Of a stretch of DNA of 64,000 nucleotides, positions 47,201 through 59,200 are shown piece after piece. The notes under the pieces were generated by a model. That model had not been told where the DNA came from. It did not search any database and saw only the letters and a program-made list of their open reading frames with translations. How positions within the stretch are numbered: the stretch's first letter is position 1; each line of letters begins with the position of its first letter. The stretch lies in assembly GCA_036272195.1 (NCBI GenBank), contig DATAZE010000035.1:72923-136922 (forward strand), read 5' to 3'. The translations under genes and the position numbers were made by a program. This DNA is from Verrucomicrobiia bacterium (GTDB taxonomy: Bacteria; Verrucomicrobiota; Verrucomicrobiia; Limisphaerales; DASXHY01).

Positions 47201-50200
47201 CACTTGTAAACCGGGGCAGCCGGACGGCAGATAAGGCCGGATTGTATCATTATACGATTACGACCAATCTAGTGAGCGGATTGGAAATCAAGGAGACTAA
47301 TTCCGTGGTAGACATTGGTTACCATTATGTCGCGGTGACTAACAGTGGCGCTCCAATTGACACGGATGGCGACGGGCTGCCGGACTATTACGAAGATGTC
47401 AACGGCAATGGCGTTTATGACGGAGGCGATACGGCCAACTGGACCAATGCCTCCACGGACGGCAGCGGAATGAGCGACGGTTGGGAATTGAGGTATTTCG
47501 GACACACCGGGGTGGATGCCAATGCGGATTATGATTACGATGGCAATAGTAACTTGCATGAGTTTCAAGCCGGCACGGACCCGACGAATTCCGCCAGCAT
47601 CACACAAATTCAACTGGGCGGATGGCCGTTTGACAACACCAACACGTGGGTAGGGTCAAGCAATCAAATTCCGTTGGTGGCAAATAACGTATTTGGGGTC
47701 TCGAGTTGGGATTCAAATGCAGTTCATATCAATTTTGCGAATGCGACCTTGAAATATCGGGACGCCGAAACGAATGGAAACGCCAACATCAATCTGCGGA
47801 GCGGCACGCTTGCGGTCTGGTTCAAGCCCGACTGGACTAGCGCGAGCCTGGGTGGCAGCGGCCCGGGTTCGGCTGGCCGCTTGATTGAAATGGGGACTTA
47901 CAATCCCGCGTTCACCAATGGCTGGTGGGCGTTGTATTTGAAGGCAGACGGCAACCAGGTCATTTTTGGTTCTTCCACAAATGGATCTGGCCGCACCAAT
48001 TTGGTGGCGACCGCTGCGTTCTCGAATCAATGGAGTCAGTTGGTGCTGACCTATACGCCTACCAACAGCAGTCTCTATCTAAATGGCCAAGTGGTGACCA
48101 ACGGACTTGCTTCGACCTATTTTCCCAGTTTGACGGAACGGACCAACGGGTTTCGAATCGGTAGCGACGCCGCGGGAACGAACGAGGCGAAGGGATTGTT
48201 TGAGGATCTGCAGACGTTTAACTATCCGTTGAGCGCCGCAATGATCGCCAGCAATTATCAGGCGATGCTGCAACAGGATAAAAACGGCAACGGCCTGCCG
48301 GATATGTGGGAAATGAACAATTTTGGCCACGTGGGAGTGGATCCATTTGGAGACCCGGATGGAGACGACATCAGCAATCTGCAAGAATACCAGAATGGCA
48401 CCAATCCCAATCAATTTGATCCTGCGAAATTGGGATGGTGGCATTTTGATAATGCGCCGATCTGGTCTGATGTATCGGGGCTGTTGCCTTCAACGGCAAC
48501 CGGAATTTTTTCCGAACCGTCCTGGAGCGGTAACGCCGCTTGGTTGGGCACATCACAAAACAGTGTGTTGGCCTATCCTTATCAGCGGACCAACGGCTCG
48601 GTGGTTGTGGGCTTGCCGGCGGGCAGCATACGGTTCTGGTTTAAACCGGACTGGGACAGCAATGATGGAAATCAAAGCCAGGGGCCGGGAGACACTTTGC
48701 GGTTGTTTGAAATGGGACGGCAAACCACTAATGCAAACTATGGTTGGCTTGGGCTGACCGTTGACCCCCTGGGATCAACGCTGACCTTGAGCACGGAAGC
48801 CAATGGCATACATACGGACAATGCGGTTTGCCTGGTAAACTTCAATTCCCAGGATTGGTATCAAATTACAGTCACTTACAACACCACAAACAGTTATCTC
48901 TATGTCAACGGGCAATATGTCATTAGCTGGGCCGGCCTGACCAACTCGGGCCGTTTCACAAATGGCTACACGGCCATAGCGACTGGCACCGGATTGACGA
49001 ATCTTCCGAGTCTGGGAGTCTTGCAAGCCGGATTCCATCTAGGAAGCAGCTGGGATGGAGTGCATCAAGCCAATGGCCGTTTTGAGGAATTGGAGACTTT
49101 CAATTATTGCCTCTCGTCCAACAGTATTACCACCAATTACCTGGCCATAATGAGCGCGGACAGTAATGGTGACGGCGTTCCCGATGTGACTAAGGATGCA
49201 TTCGGAGCGCGTTATGACACGGCGGACAGTGATTGCGACGGTTTGCCGGACGCCTGGGAGATTGCTCATGGCTTGAATCCTAATGATGCCTCGGATGCCA
49301 GCATGGAGATGTACCTGGGTTATGCCGGAGGGAGTTCCGTCGTTAATGTGCCCGTAATCAACCAGGTATCTACGGTCTCACAGACCAACCTGGTTAACAT
49401 CAGTTTCGTCACCGATGCCGGCAGCATGGCGGGGCAGAGTGTGAACGGCGGGGTCGTGGCGGGATTGCCTGGACATGACACCTGGAATTTCTGCGATAGT
49501 CATTCGGATTATGTCCACGGCGTCCCGCTGTTGGACTCGGCTGGCAACTCTCTAAACGCCCAATTCTACGGGTACCTCGGGCCGTGCAATAACTTTTTTA
49601 CAGCGCTGCCGCCGTATGATATGGGCTGGGACCTTTATCAATATTCCGCCGCAAATCAGACGGATTTTCTCTTTGGGTATAACGCCTATGCAAGTCCTTT
49701 TGGCTGGTATGGCGAATGGGGGTGGAATTTGTACGGCGATTGGTGGGATTTTTATGGCGCCGTATACTGTTTCCGATGCCCGGGTTCTCCCTGGAGTTAT
49801 GTTTGCTACGATGACTTTTGGCGTTTCTATAACTACTACTGGAGCAGAGCCTATGCGCTAAGCTGCACTTATAGTCCATGGAACTATTATTTTATTAACA
49901 GCTTATACCTTGATCCGTGGTCGCGTCCGAATGGTTATTTTTATTATCTGCCGTGGTATGAGCAGTATCAACTGGTTGGTGCGGTTAATGGCTCCAGCGC
50001 TTACGCTCGTGATTTGGCCATGTATATCGAAGGTGCCGGATTGGGCGGGCACAGTGGCGGTTATGCGCCTTTCGGATGTGTCAGATGTTATTTGCCGCCA
50101 TTCAGCAAAGTTCAGCACGACACCAATTCGCTCGACGGAACGGACGGAGCGGTCTGGAGCTGGTCGCCGCAACAGTTACAACTGCTGAATCAGTTGCCTC

Positions 50201-53200
50201 AGTACAATTTCGCCGGCTTCGCCAATGCGCTCTATCCGGACGCCCAAAGGACCTTGCTTATCTCGGGACTGCCGAGTGGTCAATATGCCGTAAATGTCTA
50301 CTATGATTCTCCGGTTCCGACGACACCCGCGACGGTCAATGGTATGCCGTCAACGGCCCTCAGCGCCAAGCAGGGACAGCGGACGACCACGTATTGGCAC
50401 ACAGTCGTCAACACGGAAAATATCCCGGCAGCAACTGATTTTATCAGCTGTATAATGGCGCCTACACCTCCCTGGGCGGAGAACAACGGCGGCAACTCCC
50501 TCGTGATTACGTCCGGAAAAAATGCAAACCCATTCGATACGACCCCGGGAAATGACGTGAAGCTGTTAGGCATCCAAATCGTGGGACAGAGTTATATTGT
50601 AACAACGAATGGGACGACCTCGGCACCGGTCGTACAGGGCAGGCCATTGAACGACGCCGCGTATCTCCTTTGGGGCGCGGCTGGAAACGATACTGTTTAC
50701 AATGTCTATCGCGCCATAGGTGCAACCAATAACACATGGACGTTGCTGAGCAGCATCACCAATCAATTCAATTATCAGGACAACGGGCTGACAGCGGGAA
50801 CCAACTACTTTTATAAGGTCGCTGGAGTGGAGACCAATGGCACAGTAGACCCGGCATCGACGCCGCTCAAGATTGTTCCGTTTAGCTGTGCGCCACCTTT
50901 GCCTCCGCGCCTCGATTATGTCACAACTTTAAAAGTGGCCAACACGGCAGGCGCGTATGGGTTTAATGGCCAGACATTATTCACCAATTCCGATGCCTAC
51001 GATCCCCAGGGGTTGCCCCTACAATTCGTGGTGGAACGTGTGACGAGTGGATCCCTATTGATCAATGGTTCGCCCTACAGTGCGGCCAATTCCGCCTTTG
51101 CCACCGCCGACTCCGTGGTTTGGACGCCTCCCGTCGGGCTCTTGGTCACCAATGTGCCCGCTTTTTATGTGCATGTTTTTGATGGCATCAATCGTTCATC
51201 GAACTCAGTGCCCGTGCAGTTCCAGCAGCCGGCTCCGCTGCACTTGTATAGCTGGGGAGACAATTACTCGGGGAAGGTGGGGAATGGATATATCCCGACA
51301 ATGACCTGCGTTTTCTATGATACCGATATTGAAACCAACTGGGCCCGGCTCTTGCCTGATGAGCTAAATATGATGGAGGTTACCGGCCTATGGAATGTGG
51401 ATCCCCGCTGGAAGTATTCTCCCGGGGGTTATTATGGACCCGATCCCGGCTACCTAAGCTATCCCAGCCCGCAACAGGTTCTGGACGGAGACGGAATCAC
51501 CTCCATTTCCGGTTCGGATGCCAATACTATTGGAATTGATAAGGACGGAAATCTTCGGGTTTGGGGAAGAAGTTATGTGGATGGGGAGGGTTTTGGAGGC
51601 GATTACCTGTTCGGCAGGCCGATGGTCCGGGAATTGAAAGAGATGGAAACATCGGAGCCGCATTTTGCCGACACTAATTCCGATTTTAGCATTTATTCGT
51701 GGCGGGATCCCTACGTGCAAGCCGCACTTGGGACGGGGACCAACTATTTCGGATTTTTGCCCTTGGACTTTGCCACACCGGTGAAGTATCTCGGACCGAT
51801 TTCTAACGCAGTAAAATTAACCTTGAACATTGGCGACGCTTTCTTTGCCGTCACTGATGGTGGAAACCTGCTGTCGTGGGGGTTGAGTGACTGGTCATGG
51901 CTGGGACGAGATCCTGTCGCCTACCAGGATAAGTTTCATGATGATTACATTGGCATGGACGTTGGCGTTTATCCCGAACCAGTGTTTTCCGATGGCGTGC
52001 CGGTGGTTGAAATCTGCGGCGATCAACAGTCGGGAATTCTCTGCCGCAAACTGGATGGCTCTATCTGGTGGTGGGGACTACTTACGGGTGAATATTTCAC
52101 CGGTGCGATTGACCCCGACACTAATCTTCCAGAGTCGGCCAGTAAGAACTATTACTTAACCGATGGTTCAGATAACACCCATCCGCACGAGGTAACTTCA
52201 TTGGAGGGAAGCACAGACCCGATTGTCCAGATGAGTGCGGCCAATCAACACTTTGTCTTTTTGCGCGCCAGTGGGGCGGTTTCGGAAATGGGCAGCCTGG
52301 CCAGCCTGGTTCCGGCTGACTTTTATTGGTACGGCCTTCAAATCGCACCAGACCTTGCGGCCCTGGATGCCGCTTTTGCGACGAACGAACCGGTGGCCGT
52401 TGCCGGATTGCCCACCAATGTATGCCAGGTGGCAGCGTCGGGGACTTTCGGGATTGCGCTGACCACGGATGGCAATGTTTGGATCTGGGGGTTGGCAATG
52501 GATCTCGTGGACTTTGATTATTACGGAAATGATTACTTCGATATTTGGAAATATACCCAAGACCACATTAGTACCAATACGGCACCGCGGCAAATAACCG
52601 GGCTTAAGAAAATTGTCAAAGTTAGAGCAGCCGGCTACGGCGCACTTCTGGCCTTGGACCAATCCGGAAGTGTCTGGGGATGGGGCTACAATTCCACGAC
52701 CGATCCAATAATAGGCGACTCGGCTTCCTCGAGTCCGACTGGTTTCATATTCCAGCCGGATCCCGAGCGCATCCCGGGATTGGCAAATGTTAAAGATATC
52801 TATGTAAACGCGTCCGCTTACAACCATACCACGGCCTATGCTCTGGGCACCGCTGCCACTGGAATGCCCGATGGACTCAAAGCCATACCGATGGATAGTC
52901 AGGTGAAACTTTCGTGGAGTATCTATTCCGGCACCACGTATTATATCGTCTACCGTTCTTTGAATGAAGATGCCGGATACGTGGCGGTTGGAAATTCGGC
53001 GGGAAATACATTTTCAGACCAGGGACCGTTGCAGAATGGGCAGACCTATTATTATCGAATTACCAGCGTTGTGAACGGCGTTGAATCTTCGCCTTCCTGG
53101 GACGTCGCTGCGACGCCGTTTCCAACTCCGACGCCGGTGCAAAATCTCTCCGCGGCTCTCACGTGTCATGGAGTCATCTTGCAGTGGCAGGCTCCTTCCA

Positions 53201-56200
53201 ATGTTGTAGCCAGCCCGGTGCAAACCTATTTGGTGAAATCAGGCGATATAATCCTGGCAACGTTATATGCCAATAGCTCCAACTATTATGATCCCTATGG
53301 CCTGCTGGGACAATGCTACTCGGTCGCAGCCTGCAATACCGCCGGACAGCCGACCAACCAGGTCTGCGTCAGTGCGTCCAATTCCATTCCTTGCCCGCCG
53401 GCTCCTCTGGTGGCGGACGGTTCGTGGCTGGAAGATTCCAATGTGGATCCGGCGGATGATATGTTGGTTTTGCAATGGGCTGGCCCAATCAACACCCCCA
53501 CCAACGCGGATTGCTGGAATTTCCAAACCTATGAGTTTCCGGACGATGCTTTCATCAATCAGTTGGCGAGTGGAGGCGATGCCATATCGGTAAAGATCTG
53601 GGCACTATTTAACACTGGACAAAAAACCAGCCTGACGAATCTGGCCGTGCCCCTGACGACTCGTCTTGTCACATTGACCAACGTCGTGAACCCGTGGCTG
53701 GCGGTAAGCAATTCCAGCGGAGTCAATGGGTCAATCTATACTGCCACCGCTTTCAGCGGGGTTACCTTGCGACCGGCGACGAGCAATTTATTGCACACCC
53801 CGCCTCCGCCAACCGGAGCCGCCCGAGTGCGGTTAAATCGCATGCTGCTGGATGATTATTACAATTATTATGCTCAGCAGACCATCGGCAACTCGAGTTA
53901 TTATGTTCAGGCACCGAATTGGGGGAGTCACCTGACTGGATTCACCGTGCATTACCGGACCGTGATTGATTTCAATGGCCGCACCCTGGATAAGCAGCGG
54001 CAAATCAGTCTGGGATTGAAAGATTTTCAATACTATACCAATTACGGATCACTGTATGGTGATTTGTATCAATACCACTGGAAAATTCCTCAAGGGTGCG
54101 AGAGCTGGGCAAGCGTGGCAGCGGTTATAGATGGGGTGGAAGGGGATATTTCAAGCCAGGCCGGCCCGATCTATCCGACTATTCCTGACGGTGCCACTAA
54201 TGCTTGGAGCGGAAGCATCCGCGCAGTCCCTGGTTATAAACAAGTTTATCTAGATTGGCAGGATAGCGACTCCATGTATAGCTGGGATGTTTATTTTTCG
54301 ACAAATTCGACCGTTCACGGCGTGGGTAATTGGGATCGGGTGCCGGGTGGAACCGCATTGCAAATCAATCGCTGCTGGCACACCGGGCTGCTGGTCAATT
54401 CCAATTACTCTTACGAGGTCGCTGCCAACATGGTGGATGGCTCTACAGTTTATTCTCCGGTTGTCACCGCCAAGGTGCTCGCCGCGTCCGCTCCAACGTT
54501 GACAAATTTCACCGCCAAAGCTTCAGCTTATGACGCCATGGTGCTGGTGGAATGGAAAGTTCCAAAAACCAACCTGACGGATCCCGATATCATTAACCAG
54601 ACCAACTGGCAGTTTTTTGTGGAACGAAAACCAAGTGCTTCCGATGATTCAGGCTATACACTGGCGACTGGGAGTGGTTTCGGACTGGCCTACCTGGATA
54701 CCGATGTAACAGATGGAAATAGCTACACCTATCGGGTTACCGCCTTCGACACCTCCTTTAACCGGCTGCAAGCGCTGGCCGGGTTGAACGGCGGCACCAA
54801 TACGTCGATAACGCCGACGGCAACCAACAGTCTGACTTTGTTGCCGCCCAAACCCGGTAATGGCTTTATTGACCTCACCTGGAGTCCCATTCGAGCCACC
54901 CGGTTTACGGTGGAACATTCCCTGAGCACTAACGGGCCGTTTGAAGTAGTGGCGACCCTGGACGCAGAGAACGCCTTTGGCAATGCTCAGAATACTTACC
55001 GGCATATAGGGTTGCAAAACGGCGTGATGCATTATTATCAAATTGTGGCTCTCACACCTACGGGATTCGAGATTGATTCCCCCATCCTGGGCGCCATGCC
55101 GCTGGCCACTCTTACTCCTTTGCCGCCTCAGCAGTTCCAAGGGACGCTGCATCCAGGAGACACGAACGTCGTGGTGCTGAGCTGGCTGCCCGAAACTGCG
55201 GTGAACAGTTTTCAGCTCTATCTCCAGGATCAAAGTCAGCTTACACTTCTCTATGAAGGACCCGCCGTTTCGGCCGGTTACACGGTGCCGAATACGGCGA
55301 CAACGAACGACGTGTTCACCTTCGCGGTCCGGGCCGTAAATAACACGGGCCTGGCCAGTGATTTCTCTTTCACCACAGTTAGTAATCAAGCCCCGGACGA
55401 CTTGAGCGGAGTGCCCGTGGTGCAGCCAATAATGTTGCAAGTGGCGGGGTGGATGCCGCACGGAACCAATGTTTCGTTGACGGTGACGGGACCGACGAAT
55501 CTGGCCTTGAATGCAGTGGTGAGCGTGCCCTTTGTGCAGGAAGTCAGTTTTTATGACAGCGGTACATTGCTAGGCACAGTGAGTGATCCCCCCTATCAAT
55601 ATAATTGGAATCATGTGCCGGGTGGATCGCATTCTCTCTCGGCGTCTGTGCAGGCCAAGGGCGGGAACTCCAGCTCTTTGTTGAATGGCGGAGGGGTGAC
55701 ATTTGTTTCCGACCCGGTTCCGGTTCAAGTGAATGTGATGCCGGAATTGTCGGCCTATCAGACTTCGGTCACGGACCTGCAATTGCCTGCTGTCGGCCTG
55801 CCAATCTCTGTTGGCCGCTCTTACAGCAGTCGCAACACGAATTCCGATGTTTCGCTGGGAATGGGCTGGGTCGCGGACTGGAACCTGCCAACACTAACTC
55901 TGTCCACTAATCTGGGCTACGGCTGGGGTGGGATAGTGCAGGCCAATCTGGGAACTCCTTATTATTATATCAGCGATGCAGTGGGGCATTTTGTGACCGT
56001 CACATTGCCGGGCGGTGGCAGCGCCGGCTTTGCACCGCAAATGAATTATTATCCAAGCGAGGAGCCTTACAACTATGCTTCCTCCGGCGGTGGCACGGAA
56101 ATATCGATGAGTTATGAACCGTTTGATGTGGGCCAGGGCACACTGCAATCAGATGGGGTTGGCGCAATAACCATCGGGAATGTTTCCGATACCGACACGG

Positions 56201-59200
56201 CGTGGCCGTCAGCCTATCTGGCCTTCGACGATCTTTCGCCCACTATTTTCACTTATATGGCTCCTGATGGGACGAAATATTACTACGGGCAGCAACGTGA
56301 CGCTGTAACGTGGTTGCCGACCTCGGTTAAGGATCGGACTGGCAATATGCTGAATTACACTTACGCCACATCCGATACCAATGATCCGGCCTATAGTCCT
56401 CTTACTGCTGGTCGCTTGATGTCCATCCGGAATTCAGGCGGAAGACAGGCCACATTCGCCTATCCATCAACCAATGAAGTGGACGTGCTGGATATGATCG
56501 GGACAAATGCGTCCGTAAAATATCTGCTCGCGAATGGGAAGCTGAGTCAGGTGTTAAGACTGGTGAATCGCTCGGGAGCGGGTCGGTACGAAACCAATAC
56601 TTATAACTACGGTAGCACGGGACATGATCAGAACCGTCTGACAGATGTTTATGACGCGCGCGGGGTGCGAACGCTGCATAATGTCTATACTAATTCCGTG
56701 AACGGCGACGACGAAGGCGACTTCTGCGTGCAGATTGTTCCGGGACGCACGAATCTGTATTTCGTTGATACCGATCTTAATCTCACCGTTAGAGCGACTA
56801 CTGCAACCGCAACTAATACGGCTCGGGTGAACAGTGATTCGTCGGGAGCCATCTCGGGCGTCACCGTGCCGGTAGCGGGTGCCGATCCATCAACCAATGC
56901 CTCACAATCTGTTTACGACAGTCACGGCAATCTGGTGAGCCAATCAGATGCCAATGGGAATACAACAACATACCAATATGACGATAAAAATCGGTTGGTC
57001 GGGCAATCTGATGCAGACGGAAACACAAAAACAGTAACATTAAATGATTTTGGCCAACCAAATATTTCCATCGATGCTAACGGCCAGCAGACTCTATATA
57101 CTTACGACGCTGTGGGAAACGTTGTGAATGAACGGGACCCGGCGCAGATTTCCACGGATTATGGATATGACAAACCGTTGAAGGATGCGAACCGGAATAT
57201 CCTGGTCGGAGAACTCCCCGCCAGCGAAACACAGACTGTGCCGGGAGTGCCATGCCAGATTGTTACGCTTTCGACCTACCAGACAAATGGGGCGGCAGGC
57301 GTATTAGGCGACTTGTTGAGCACGACTCTGGAATGGGTGGACACAAAGGGAGCAGTCATGAACACTCCGGTTACTACCAGCTATACTTATGACGCCAATG
57401 GCAATCGCCTGACCGAGACCAAGACCCGGACGGTTCCTACCGGAATACAAACGATTCACACTACGTATTACTACGATGCTCAAAATCGAGCGACGAACAC
57501 GGTGATTTCGGCGGATGGAGCCGAAGCATTGCCGGCGCAGAGCAATTCCGTCGCTTATAATTCGTTGGGCAAACAATTCACCAGCACGGATGCGGCTGGG
57601 CGGGTCACAACCAACATCTACGATTTCAACGGCAATCTCATTGAGACGGATTATCCCGATGGTACGGTGAGCCGCACCGCTTATGACGGCTTTGGCCGGC
57701 AGCAATACATTCAGGATCGAGCGGTGTCGAGTGGTGGCGTGACCACTGCCCCGGCGATACGGAACACGTACGATGCGTCGGGTCGGGTGGTAAAGACGGA
57801 GCGTTGCGATGCAGTGCAATTGGCGCGTAACGTCGCCACCCCGGGAACCGATTTTGTGGGCACAACTAATGAGGTGCAGTTCAAGATGGCCGTGAATAAT
57901 GCGGGCACAACGCTGACCACGTCGCGTACATTTTACAATGTAGTGGGTCAGAAACAATATTCGGTGAATGCGCGCGGGGCGGTGACAGAATACCGCTATG
58001 ACGCAGCGAGCCGCAGGACGAACATGCTGGTACATGCCTCCTACTACAATCCCACAAATGATGCGCCACCGGCTCTTTTGGACACGGTTCAGAGCACCAC
58101 CTATACCTACGACGCGAATGGCAATCAATTAACAGTTACCGATGCGGCGGGACATACGACGACGTCGGTTTATGACGATGCGAATCGGGTGAAGGAAATA
58201 GATTATCCCTCGAGCAACGGTACCGCCAGCCGATATACATATTACGACGGACTTGGCCGAAAAATCCAGGAAACCGACGAAGCCGGTATTGCCACAGCCT
58301 ACACCTACGACTTCCGCGGATTACTGACATCGGTCACCCTTGCCTTCGGATCGACTAATGCCGTCACCACCGTTTACCAATACGATGAACTCGGTAATGA
58401 AATTCAGCAAATCGACGCGGCGGGTCACACCACTACTTTCCGCTACGACGCACTGGGTCGGCGAACCGGCAGGACATTGCCGGGCAATCAATCCGAAGGT
58501 TTCGCTTATGATCTGGCCGGCAATCAGATTTATGCGACGAATTTCAACGGCGTCATCATTACCAATCGCTATGATTGGGCTTCGGGTCACCTGACAAATT
58601 CCAGTTCGGTCGGTTACAAAACGACGTTTGCCTTCAACGCGACGGGCTTACGCACGAACATGATTGATGCGAGCGGGGCAACCGCTTTTTATTATAACGA
58701 TCTCAACGAATTAACAAATAAAACCGTGATTTGGAACGGTGGCCCGACCGTTGCCTTGCAATACGGTTATGACACCTTGGGCAGCATAACGAACATCCAA
58801 TCGTCCACGGCCGGTGGCGTGAATTTGGCCTACAATTATGACCTACTGGGACGAATTACCAATGTTCTGGCCAACGGTGCTTCAGTTTCGGGTTACGGCT
58901 TTGATGTCGTCGGTAATCTCCAGACGATGCGTTACGGCAACGGTATCACGAATCTTTATCAATATGATTCACGGAACCGCTTGACGAATCTCGTGTGGAA
59001 GTTGAATGTCAATCTTCTGGCAAACTTCGGTTATGTCTTAGGCGCGACGGGTAATCGGACCGGATCGAGTGAAAGCCTGAACGGCACGTCGCGGACATAC
59101 ACTTGGGGCTACGATTCTTTGTATCGGATGACGAGCGAAGCCATCGGAAACCTGGGAACGCTAAATTACGGATTTGATGCAGTCGGTAACCGCACCAACC

